In this document: in pieces, positions 23,918 to 32,000 of the stretch
Position numbering within the stretch: the first letter of the stretch is position 1
Layout: the number at the start of each line of letters is the position of its first letter
Origin: Nostoc punctiforme PCC 73102
GTDB taxonomy: Bacteria > Cyanobacteriota > Cyanobacteriia > Cyanobacteriales > Nostocaceae
Length of the DNA stretch: 32,000 nucleotides
Direction: 5' to 3'
Assembly: GCF_000020025.1 (NCBI RefSeq)
Contig: NC_010628.1
Coordinates: 420,001 to 452,000, forward strand
Notes under the pieces: generated by a model
Told to the model about the DNA's origin: nothing
The model's input: only the letters and a program-made list of their open reading frames with translations
Databases searched by the model: none
Made by a program: the position numbers and the translations under genes

Positions 23918-26900
23918 ATGGATATCGATCAAGCACTCGCATTTACAGACGCTCTCGTTTTTGCCAAGTCAAGAATACATTTAAGCGATCTCCAACAAGC
24001 TATGTTGCGTGAGTCTTGGTCTTTGGAACGCCAAAGTTACGATCGCATTGCCGACATTTATGGCTATTCTCCAACTTACTTAAAACATGATGTTGGCCCC
24101 AAGCTATGGAAACTCCTTTCAGAAGTGTTAGGAGAAAAAGTTAATAAAACAAGTTTCAGAACAGCAATCGAGCGGGCGACGGCACAATCAAACCAATACA
24201 TTGAAGAAAAAACGCGAGTCAAATTTACTGATAATCTGCTAGTTGCAGAAGCGCAGACTTCGTATCAAGATTGGGGAGATGCTATCGATGTTGATTTTTT
24301 CTACGGAAGACAAGCAGAACTAGCTCAGTTACAGCAGTGGATTTTGGTCGATCAGTGTCGGCTGGTGGCTGTGTCAGGAATGGGTGGAATTGGAAAGACT
24401 TCTCTCTCTATCAAGCTGGCACAACAATTACAGAGTGATTTTAAATGGGTGATTTGGCGGAGTTTGCGAAATGCGCCACCAGTACAAGAGATATTAACCG
24501 AGTTATTGAAATTATTATCTAATCAGCAAGAAATTGATTATCCAGAAACCGTTGAGGGCAAAATTTCGCGTCTATTGCATTATTTGCGATCGCAGCGTTG
24601 TCTGGTAATTTTCGATAATATTGAGACAATCTTACAACATAACGAAAAATCTAAATCATCCTACATCAAAGGCTATGAATATTATGGCGAAATATTTAGA
24701 CAGATTGGAGAAATTCGCCATCAAAGCTGCTTAGTGCTAACAAGCCGAGATCAGCCTCCAGAAGTTGGTCTCCTAGAAGGAGCAAGCTTACCCGTTCGGG
24801 CTTTTCAATTGGGTGGATTGAAGAAAACAGAAGCACAAGAACTTTTACACTTAAAGGGTAATTTCCAAGGCTCAACAGAAGAATGGAATCGGCTGGTTGA
24901 AGGTTACGCAGGAAATCCCTTAGCATTGAAAATTATTGCGACTACAATTCAAAACTTATTTGATGGCAGTATTTCTGATTTCCTCAACCAGCAAGCATTT
25001 GTTTTTGGTAATATTCGCAATCTAATAGGTCAGCAATTTGAACGGCTTTCGGAGTCAGAGAAAACGGTTATTTATTGGCTTGCTATCTATCGCGATCCCG
25101 CTTCATTTTCAGAACTGCGCTCGGATATTTTTCCACGTAGATCGCCCCAAGAATTAATTGATATTTTAGAATCACTAGAGCAACGTTCTTTAATTGAGAA
25201 GACCAAGCCGACACTGATTGAAAAACATCAGACGCAGTTTTCACTTCAGCCTGTAGTAATGGAATATGCTACTGAGAAACTGGTCGCTCAAGTTTGTCAA
25301 GAAATTCTAGCAGGTTTAGAAGCAAATGCCGACCAAAAAATTTTGCTGTTCAAAACTCATGCATTACTCAAAGCCCAAGCAAAAGATTATGTGCGAGAAA
25401 CGCAAGTTCGTTTCATTCTCAAGCCGATTCTGGAACGCTTATTACTCGATCGTTTATTAATAGAAGTCAGCGAACAACTTGCAATTGAGAACTTGCTAAC
25501 TCAATGCTTGACCAAGCTCCGAGGTACATCGTCACTCAAAACTGGATACGCAGGCGGTAATATTTTAAATTTACTTTGTCAATTGCAATCAACTTTAACT
25601 AACTATAATTTTTCAAATTTAACGATTTGGCAAGCCTATTTACAGGATGTAAATTTGCATAATGTTAACTTTGAATCTTCTGATTTGAGCCAGTGTGTTT
25701 TTGCTGAAACCTTTGGTATGGTTTTTGCTGGCATTGCTTTTAGTCCAGATGGAACATTATTAGCTACAGGAGATGCAGAAGGTGAGCTTCGTCTTTGGGA
25801 AGTTGCAACTGGGAAACTTGTTGTCAATTTTGCCGGACATTTAGGTTGGGTTTGGTCACTTGCTTTTAGTCCAGATGGGCAATTATTAGCAAGTTGTAGT
25901 AGTGATAAAACGATTCGCCTGTGGGATGTCAACACTGGTAAATGTCTGAGAACATTGTCAGGACATACAAGTTCAATTTGGTCAGTTGCCTTTAGTGCTG
26001 ATGGTCAAATGCTTGCGAGTGGAGGCGATGAACCAACAATAAGATTATGGAATGTCAACACTGGGGATTGTCATAAAATTTTCTCGGGTCACACAGATCG
26101 AATTCTCTCGCTTTCCTTTAGTTCAGATGGCCAAACCCTAGCAAGTGGCAGTGCCGATTTCACGATTCGACTTTGGAAAATTAGTGGAGAATGCGATCGC
26201 ATTTTAGAAGGACATAGCGATCGCATCTGGTCAATTTCCTTTAGTCCAGATGGGCAAACCCTAGTCAGTGGCAGTGCCGATTTCACGATTCGCCTCTGGG
26301 AAGTTAGTACTGGCAACTGCTTCAATATATTACAAGAACATAGCGATCGCGTCCGATCGTTAGCCTTTAGTCCCAATGCCCAAATGCTGGTCAGCGCCAG
26401 CGACGATAAAACAGTCAGAATTTGGGAAGCTAGTACAGGAGAATGCCTGAATATTTTACCAGGACACACCAATTCTATATTTTCAGTTGCTTTTAACGTA
26501 GATGGTCGAACCATTGCCAGTGGTAGCACAGACCAAACTGTAAAGCTATGGGATGTCAACACAGGTAGATGCTTTAAAACCTTAAAAGGCTATAGTAATT
26601 CGGTATTTTCAGTTGCTTTTAATCTAGATGGTCAAACTCTGGCCAGTGGCAGCACAGACCAAACCGTAAGATTATGGGATGTCAATACAGGGACTTGTCT
26701 GAAAAAATTCGCCGGACATAGTGGCTGGGTAACTTCCGTAGCATTTCACCCAGATGGAGATTTGCTAGCCAGTAGCAGTGCGGATCGCACCATCCGCTTA
26801 TGGTCAGTTAGCACTGGGCAATGTCTGCAAATTTTGAAAGATCATGTAAATTGGGTGCAATCAGTTGCCTTTAGTCCCGATCGACAAATCTTAGCAAGCG

Positions 26901-27574
26901 GCAGTGACGACCAAACCATTCGCTTATGGTCTGTCAGTACAGGAAAATGCCTCAATATATTGCAAGGTCATTCCAGTTGGATTTGGTGTGTTACCTTTAG
27001 CCCCAATGGTGAAATAGTCGCTAGCAGTAGTGAAGACCAAACCATTCGTCTGTGGTCTCGTTCCACTGGTGAATGTCTCCAAATTTTAGAAGGACACACT
27101 AGTAGAGTGCAAGCGATCGCTTTTAGTCCAGATGGGCAAATTCTCAGTAGCGCTGAAGATGAAACAGTTCGCCTGTGGTCGGTTGATACAGGTGAATGTC
27201 TGAATATATTTCAGGGACACAGTAATAGTGTTTGGTCAGTCGCCTTTAGTCCAGAAGGTGATATTTTGGCAAGTAGTAGCTTAGATCAAACAGTGAGAAT
27301 TTGGGATAGGCATACAGGGGTTTGCCTGAAAGTGCTGCCTGTCCTGCCTCATGCAATGCGATCGGCGATCGCATTTGGTAAATCTACAGAACATTATGCG
27401 ATCGCTAGCGGTAGCCAAAACGGAACTATTCAGATTTGGGATGCCCAAACGGGTGAATGCTTGAAAATACTGAATCCTGACAGACCTTATCAAGGAAGTA
27501 ATATTACAGGCGTGACAGGAATCACCACAGCTCAAAAAGATGTTCTCAAAGCGTTAGGTGCCTTCGAGATTTAA
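23918..27574 (+). CDS. STAND NTPase: N-terminal HTH-like module - NACHT/NB-ARC P-loop - helical linker - 14 WD40 repeats
   Basis: The ORF track lists 23903 (TTG). I prefer the ATG at 23918 (MDIDQALAF). Walker A GMGGIGKT lies at 24377-24400 and Walker B is LVIFDNIE. Fourteen GH...WD-type repeats each end in [IV][RKQ][LI]W. Confidence 0.93.
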   Translation: MDIDQALAFTDALVFAKSRIHLSDLQQAMLRESWSLERQSYDRIADIYGYSPTYLKHDVGPKLWKLLSEVLGEKVNKTSFRTAIERATAQSNQYIEEKTRVKFTDNLLVAEAQTSYQDWGDAIDVDFFYGRQAELAQLQQWILVDQCRLVAVSGMGGIGKTSLSIKLAQQLQSDFKWVIWRSLRNAPPVQEILTELLKLLSNQQEIDYPETVEGKISRLLHYLRSQRCLVIFDNIETILQHNEKSKSSYIKGYEYYGEIFRQIGEIRHQSCLVLTSRDQPPEVGLLEGASLPVRAFQLGGLKKTEAQELLHLKGNFQGSTEEWNRLVEGYAGNPLALKIIATTIQNLFDGSISDFLNQQAFVFGNIRNLIGQQFERLSESEKTVIYWLAIYRDPASFSELRSDIFPRRSPQELIDILESLEQRSLIEKTKPTLIEKHQTQFSLQPVVMEYATEKLVAQVCQEILAGLEANADQKILLFKTHALLKAQAKDYVRETQVRFILKPILERLLLDRLLIEVSEQLAIENLLTQCLTKLRGTSSLKTGYAGGNILNLLCQLQSTLTNYNFSNLTIWQAYLQDVNLHNVNFESSDLSQCVFAETFGMVFAGIAFSPDGTLLATGDAEGELRLWEVATGKLVVNFAGHLGWVWSLAFSPDGQLLASCSSDKTIRLWDVNTGKCLRTLSGHTSSIWSVAFSADGQMLASGGDEPTIRLWNVNTGDCHKIFSGHTDRILSLSFSSDGQTLASGSADFTIRLWKISGECDRILEGHSDRIWSISFSPDGQTLVSGSADFTIRLWEVSTGNCFNILQEHSDRVRSLAFSPNAQMLVSASDDKTVRIWEASTGECLNILPGHTNSIFSVAFNVDGRTIASGSTDQTVKLWDVNTGRCFKTLKGYSNSVFSVAFNLDGQTLASGSTDQTVRLWDVNTGTCLKKFAGHSGWVTSVAFHPDGDLLASSSADRTIRLWSVSTGQCLQILKDHVNWVQSVAFSPDRQILASGSDDQTIRLWSVSTGKCLNILQGHSSWIWCVTFSPNGEIVASSSEDQTIRLWSRSTGECLQILEGHTSRVQAIAFSPDGQILSSAEDETVRLWSVDTGECLNIFQGHSNSVWSVAFSPEGDILASSSLDQTVRIWDRHTGVCLKVLPVLPHAMRSAIAFGKSTEHYAIASGSQNGTIQIWDAQTGECLKILNPDRPYQGSNITGVTGITTAQKDVLKALGAFEI
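25701..27472 (+). repeat. Intragenic array of 14 WD40 repeat units (about 126 nt each) with nucleotide-level near-identity between some units
   Basis: An identical 26-mer AGTGGCAGTGCCGATTTCACGATTCG occurs at 26144-26169 and 26267-26292. An identical 18-mer ATTTTCAGTTGCTTTTAA occurs at 26479-26496 and 26605-26622. Confidence 0.9.
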
Positions 27575-27601
27575 TTCAGGACTTACGCAAACAATAGTCA
27601 T

Positions 27602-27637
27602 AACGGGGGACAATTCATTAATTGCCCCGTTTTGCTT
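27602..27637 (+). terminator. Rho-independent terminator of the NACHT-WD40 gene
   Basis: AACGGGG..CAATT-catt-AATTG-CCCCGTT (27602-27631) is followed by TTGCTTG, so the stem end plus tail reads CCCCGTTTTG. Confidence 0.65.
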
Positions 27638-28135
27638 GCCTGTAATGTTGTGAGGATTTGCTTGGGGGAATAAGATATTGATATTGAGACGACTTTTAGT
27701 ATCATTACTCAAAAATTACCCAAATCAATTCATGTAGTCACGAATAAAGGTTTTATGCTTAACCTCAGAGCTTTTATCTTTGTCTTTACCTTATATAGGC
27801 ACTTTTGTAATTAACAAGTTAGGTTATATAATCAATCTGATACATTTTTATAAGAAAGTTATCAAATTACAAAAAACTATTTAAATACATTAGGAGTCGT
27901 GAAATAACTTCCCTTTTGAAAAATATTAACCTTGATTAGTAGGGGTTCAGCGATTAAAAAAGGTAATTTATTCGTGTGGTGTTCCTTAGCAAAAATTTAA
28001 AATCATAACTTTGATTAAATCAGAAAGCTAAATTTTGTCAAAATGGCTTGAAGATTGATAAATTTTAAGCTTATTTTGTCATCCTCTGATTTTTGAAATC
28101 AATTCTTTAATTGCTTTAACCAACAGACTAAACTA

Positions 28136-31100
28136 ATGCGCTCACTTTCTCCTGTGGATTTACCTACTTTAGAGCAGATAGTTGAATGTTCTCCTTTAAT
28201 TGTATTACCTGATACCCCAGTTATTGATGTTATTGCTCTAATGAATAGGGTAAATAGCAGTATAGTAGAGTCTAAGTTTGATTTTAGTAGTTATGTTTTA
28301 GTAGTTGAAGAAACAAACTTAATAGGTATATTAACTCTACGGGATGTAATACGACTGACTGGGATGGGCAAAGATTTATCCAGTGTCAAAATCTCAGAGG
28401 TGATGACACAACCAGTCATCAGCCTGGGGTTGGCTCAGGCTCAAAATGCCCTCACAGCTTTATCTTTCATGCGTCAACATTGTATTCGCCATCTACCTGT
28501 AGTAGATGATCTTGGACAATTGGTAGGCTTAATTACCCAAGACAGAATTCGTCAGGTTATCCAACCAGTTCACCTGTTGAAATTGCAATGTGTGACGGAA
28601 GTAATGGTAACTGAAGTTATTCATGCTCTCCCGACTACATCTGTGCTGGAATTGTCTCAAATCATGAGCGATCGCCAGATCAGTTGTGTTGTGATTGTCG
28701 CACAACAGAAGGCGAAATTGATCCCAGTAGGAATGATCACTGAAAAAGATATTATTAAATTCCATTTACAGGGACTAGATATAGCCCAAACCCAGGCGCA
28801 AGATGTGATGAGTACCCCTGTATTAAGCATCACTCCCACTGAATCTTTATGGACTGTTCACCAGTTGATGCAAGAGCGAAAGGTGCGGCGATTAACCGTA
28901 GTTGGAGAACAAAGCGAATTGCAAGGACTGGTGACACAAACTAATCTCCTACAAGTGCTTGATCCCCTAGAAATAGACAGCATAATTCAAGTTTTGCAAG
29001 CAAAAGTTGAGGAACAAACGGTTAAACTTAGACAATGCAACCAGCAGTTAGAACAGGAAGTTGAACAACACCGCCAAGCTCAACAAGAATTAGAGTTACG
29101 GGTGGCGGAGCGTACAGCTGAACTACTGCAAGCAAATGTACGTTTGAAACGGGAAATTGAGGAGCGCAAACAGACTGAAATAGCACTCCAGCAGCGTGAA
29201 CATCAGTGGAAAGCTCTTTTTGATCGTGCTCTTGATGCGATCGCGATTGCAGATGACGAGGGGCGCTATGTAGAGGTAAATCCAGCAGCCTGTAAGCTAT
29301 TTGGTGTATCGAAGGAAGAACTGTTAGGTTCCACAATCGCAGATTTTGCAGCACCCGAATTTGATTTTACCCAAGCTTGGCAACAGTTCTACGAACAAGG
29401 ACAAATGTTGGGTGAGTTTAACATATATTGTCCCGATGGCACAGTGCGAGAAACTGAATTTGCGGCGGTTGCCAATTTTATACCACATCGTCATCTTTCA
29501 ATACTGCGGGATGTGAGCGATCGCCAAGCCATGTTGCGCGCTCGTAAACAAACTGAGGAAACTCTCAGAGAAAGCGAGCAAAGGTTACAACTGGCACTTA
29601 GTGTTGGTAACATTGGCACTTGGGAATGGAATCTGAGAACCAATCAGGTTATCTGGTCTGAGAGTTTGTTTACTTTATTTGGTCTAACTCCTGATACCTT
29701 TGATGTCAGCTATGAAAATTTTTTAAATCTCATTGTCCACCCTGAAGACCGTGAATTGCTGCATCAATCAGTTTTGCGAGCAATTGACCAGCAAGTACCC
29801 CATAATCTCGAATTCCGGTTTATTTACTCAGATGGTACAGTTGGTTGGTCAGTATGCAAGGGTCAAGTATTGTATGATGACACTACTAATAAGCCACTCC
29901 AGATGATTGGGGTGAATATAGATATCACCGAACGCAAACAATCGGAACTTGAAATCCGTAAATTTGTTTCTCTGGCCGATAACAGCACAGAATTTATCGG
30001 TATGTGTGATATGAATTTTGTGCCATTCTATTTGAACCCGGCGGGTATGCAACTAGTCGGGCTAAATGACACTCAGCAATATAGCGAAACGCCAGTCAGG
30101 GAATTTTTCTTTCCTGAAGATCGGGACTTTATCATCAATGAATTTTTCCCGCGTGTTTTGCGTGAGGGACGGGCAGAAGTAGAAATTCGTTTCCGTCATT
30201 TCCAGACGGGAGAAGCATTATGGATGGTTTACAGCGTTTCTTGCGTCAAAGACATGAATGACCAGCTAATTGGTCTGGCAGCCGTCAGCCGCAATATTAC
30301 CGATCGCAAACTGGCCAAACAGAAAATTGCCGAACAAGCAGCTTTAATTGATATTGCTACCGATGCCATTTTTGTCCGCGATTTAGAAAACCGCATTCTG
30401 TTCTGGAGTCCAGGTGCTGAAAAGTTATACGGTTGGACAGCACAGGAAAGCATGGGGAAATTAGTCCATGAACTTTTCAACGTAGAATCCTTGTCTCAAC
30501 TAGCAGCAGGTTTCAAAACCACTCTGGAACAAGGTTATTGGCAAGGGGAGTTAGAAAAAACCACCAAAACTGGGAGAAAAATTATCGTTGCTAGTCGGTG
30601 GACACTGGTACAGAATCAATTCGGACAAAGCCAATCTATCTTATCAGTCAACACCGACATCACCGAGAAAAAACAACTAGAGCAACAATTTTACCGCGCT
30701 CAACGCTTGGAGAGTGTAGGAACTCTAGCCAGTGGCATTGCTCACGACCTCAACAACGTCTTTGCTCCCATAATCATGATTGCCGAATTGCTGCCTTTGA
30801 GATACAAAAATGTGGATTTGCAGACTCAAGAACTGTTCAAAACACTAGAAAACAGCTCGCAGCGTGGAGCGAACTTAGTTAAACAAATTCTCACCTTTAC
30901 CCGTGGTACAGAAGGGAAGCGCATCTTGTTGCAACCTGGGCATTTGCTCCAAGAATTGGTCAAAGTCATCAAACAGACATTTCCTAAATCCATCGAAATT
31001 GTTAATGACATTCCCATAAACACATTATGGATGGTGCAAGCCGATCCCACCCAATTAGAACAGGTATTTATGAACTTGGCAGTCAATGCCCGTGACGCTA

Positions 31101-31837
31101 TGCCCAATGATGGTATGCTCACAATTAATGCCGAAAACCGGATGATTGACGAAACAAACGCCCGAATGCACCTGGACGCGAAAGCAGGAGGCTACATGGT
31201 TGTTACCGTCTCAGATACAGGGACAGGAATCCCTCCAGAATTCTTAGAGCGCATATTTGATCCCTTTTTTACAACTAAAGAAGTTGGTAAAGGTACAGGG
31301 CTAGGACTGTCAACAGTTTTAGGTATCGTCAAAAACCACGGTGGTTTTGTGGAAGTATCAACTCAGGTAGGTAAAGGGACACGATTTCAGGTATTTTTGC
31401 CCAGAGGAGAAGGCAAAGCAACCGAGACAATAACAAAGGCAGAATTACCTGAAGGTAATGGCGAATTGATTTTAGTTGTTGATGATGAAGACTTAGTAAA
31501 ACAAACCAATCAGGGAACTTTAGAAGATTATAACTATAAAACCCTTGTAGCTAACGATGGCATTGAGGCGATCGCTTTGTATGCCCAGTATAAGGAACGA
31601 ATTAGTGCAGTTTTGCTAGATATGTCCATGCCCAACATGGACGGATTAACAACTATCTCCATTCTGCGAACGTTCAACCCCAATATTAAGATTATTGCCA
31701 CCAGTGGTTTACCCGCTAACGAGCAAAAGGCTATTGCCATTGGTGCTAAGAAGTTTCTGTCAAAGCCTTACACAGCGACAGATTTATTAACTACTTTATC
31801 TGCTGTAATCGGGCATCCTGGGGAGCCTCAGTCATAG
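28136..31837 (+). CDS. Hybrid sensor histidine kinase: 4 CBS domains - coiled coil - about 4 PAS domains - HisKA/HATPase - receiver
   Basis: Repeated CBS-like segments occupy aa 1-280. A Q/E-rich coiled coil and repeated PAS-like blocks follow. H-box SGIAHDLNN (30743-30757), N box NLAVNARDAM, G boxes DTGTGI and GTGLGL. The receiver has ILVVDDE, LLDMSMP and SKP. Confidence 0.93.
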   Translation: MRSLSPVDLPTLEQIVECSPLIVLPDTPVIDVIALMNRVNSSIVESKFDFSSYVLVVEETNLIGILTLRDVIRLTGMGKDLSSVKISEVMTQPVISLGLAQAQNALTALSFMRQHCIRHLPVVDDLGQLVGLITQDRIRQVIQPVHLLKLQCVTEVMVTEVIHALPTTSVLELSQIMSDRQISCVVIVAQQKAKLIPVGMITEKDIIKFHLQGLDIAQTQAQDVMSTPVLSITPTESLWTVHQLMQERKVRRLTVVGEQSELQGLVTQTNLLQVLDPLEIDSIIQVLQAKVEEQTVKLRQCNQQLEQEVEQHRQAQQELELRVAERTAELLQANVRLKREIEERKQTEIALQQREHQWKALFDRALDAIAIADDEGRYVEVNPAACKLFGVSKEELLGSTIADFAAPEFDFTQAWQQFYEQGQMLGEFNIYCPDGTVRETEFAAVANFIPHRHLSILRDVSDRQAMLRARKQTEETLRESEQRLQLALSVGNIGTWEWNLRTNQVIWSESLFTLFGLTPDTFDVSYENFLNLIVHPEDRELLHQSVLRAIDQQVPHNLEFRFIYSDGTVGWSVCKGQVLYDDTTNKPLQMIGVNIDITERKQSELEIRKFVSLADNSTEFIGMCDMNFVPFYLNPAGMQLVGLNDTQQYSETPVREFFFPEDRDFIINEFFPRVLREGRAEVEIRFRHFQTGEALWMVYSVSCVKDMNDQLIGLAAVSRNITDRKLAKQKIAEQAALIDIATDAIFVRDLENRILFWSPGAEKLYGWTAQESMGKLVHELFNVESLSQLAAGFKTTLEQGYWQGELEKTTKTGRKIIVASRWTLVQNQFGQSQSILSVNTDITEKKQLEQQFYRAQRLESVGTLASGIAHDLNNVFAPIIMIAELLPLRYKNVDLQTQELFKTLENSSQRGANLVKQILTFTRGTEGKRILLQPGHLLQELVKVIKQTFPKSIEIVNDIPINTLWMVQADPTQLEQVFMNLAVNARDAMPNDGMLTINAENRMIDETNARMHLDAKAGGYMVVTVSDTGTGIPPEFLERIFDPFFTTKEVGKGTGLGLSTVLGIVKNHGGFVEVSTQVGKGTRFQVFLPRGEGKATETITKAELPEGNGELILVVDDEDLVKQTNQGTLEDYNYKTLVANDGIEAIALYAQYKERISAVLLDMSMPNMDGLTTISILRTFNPNIKIIATSGLPANEQKAIAIGAKKFLSKPYTATDLLTTLSAVIGHPGEPQS

Positions 31838-31873
31838 GCAAATTACACTCAATTCTGACTACTGAATTCCGAT

Positions 31874-32000
31874 TTACACTGCCACTAATTCCGCTTTTTC
31901 CAGCAGCCATTGCAGTTCATCACTAGTTAGCTGCTCTAATAGTTTCTCTAAAAATAATTTCGGTTCGGCAGCGAGTGCAAATTTTATTTTATACAATGCC
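31874..32000 (-). CDS. Possible 3' end of a minus-strand gene that starts beyond the window
   Basis: The reverse complement reads ...ALYKIKFALAAEPKLFLEKLLEQLTSDELQWLLEKAELVAV*, with the stop at 31876-31874. It is only 41 codons and has no recognisable motif. Confidence 0.3.
   Translation of the reverse strand, partial: ALYKIKFALAAEPKLFLEKLLEQLTSDELQWLLEKAELVAV

Noticed and set aside
24696-27535. ORFs within the NACHT-WD40 gene: 24696, 25636, 26089 and 27281 on the minus strand, and 25294..25488 on the plus strand in a different frame
   Set aside because: These are antisense or alternative-frame readings of a continuous CDS. The periodic WD40 repeats naturally keep other frames open, and the products are themselves repetitive (SGLKA...).
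28529-31740. Short ORFs within the hybrid kinase gene: mostly minus-strand, plus 30598..30882 on the plus strand in a different frame
   Set aside because: They are antisense or alternative-frame readings of a continuous 3.7 kb CDS with clear HK and receiver motifs.
1-32000. Search by eye for tRNA, rRNA, transposase, integrase, phage genes and toxin-antitoxin pairs
   Set aside because: I saw no T-loop or anticodon-arm-like cloverleaf candidates, no rRNA-like stretches, and no DDE, tyrosine or serine recombinase motifs in any listed ORF. The absence is by inspection only. tRNAscan-SE, Infernal and ISfinder searches would be needed to be definitive.

Overview
This 32 kb window looks like chromosomal DNA from a filamentous, heterocyst-forming cyanobacterium (Nostocales-like). 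That call is an inference from many GCGATCGC (HIP1) palindromes (for example 2088-2095, 2343-2350, 3266-3273), heptameric STRR-type tandem repeats, and the gene content. No database search was possible.

Left part (1-7760): a nif/heterocyst-type redox island. It holds the 5' end of a 4Fe-4S regulator-like gene on the minus strand, a 1 kb AT-rich spacer, nif-type ferredoxin III (fdxB), and an aa3-type cytochrome c oxidase operon (coxB-coxA-coxC). Every intergenic spacer of that operon is filled with 7-nt-periodic repeats. Three co-oriented genes follow: a helical hypothetical, a three-His cupin, and an ArsC-fold 'nitrogenase-associated' protein.

Rest of the window:
- A 1827-aa Ser/Thr kinase-NTPase-TPR-GAF-His kinase, then cysK.
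- A 1 kb ORF-free repeat-rich spacer.
- Two compact operons of unknown function (three small proteins; then a small protein, an LLM flavin oxidoreductase and another small protein).
- A Coq4-family gene and a GH13 gene with degenerate catalytic motifs.
- A haem-c-sensor class III nucleotidyl cyclase, transcribed divergently from a 14-blade NACHT-WD40 STAND NTPase.
- A CBS-PAS4-HK-REC hybrid kinase.

I saw no rRNA, tRNA, CRISPR array, transposase or integrase.

I cannot prove any single new system from the sequence alone. The strongest candidates for follow-up are:
- the 21-bp tandem array between coxA and coxC, whose variation is mostly synonymous in one frame;
- the inverted heptamer blocks that bracket the coxB stop and the coxA start;
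- the two small-protein operons at 15.5-18.8 kb;
- the internally homogenised NACHT-WD40 protein;
- the cyanobacterial Coq4 homologue.
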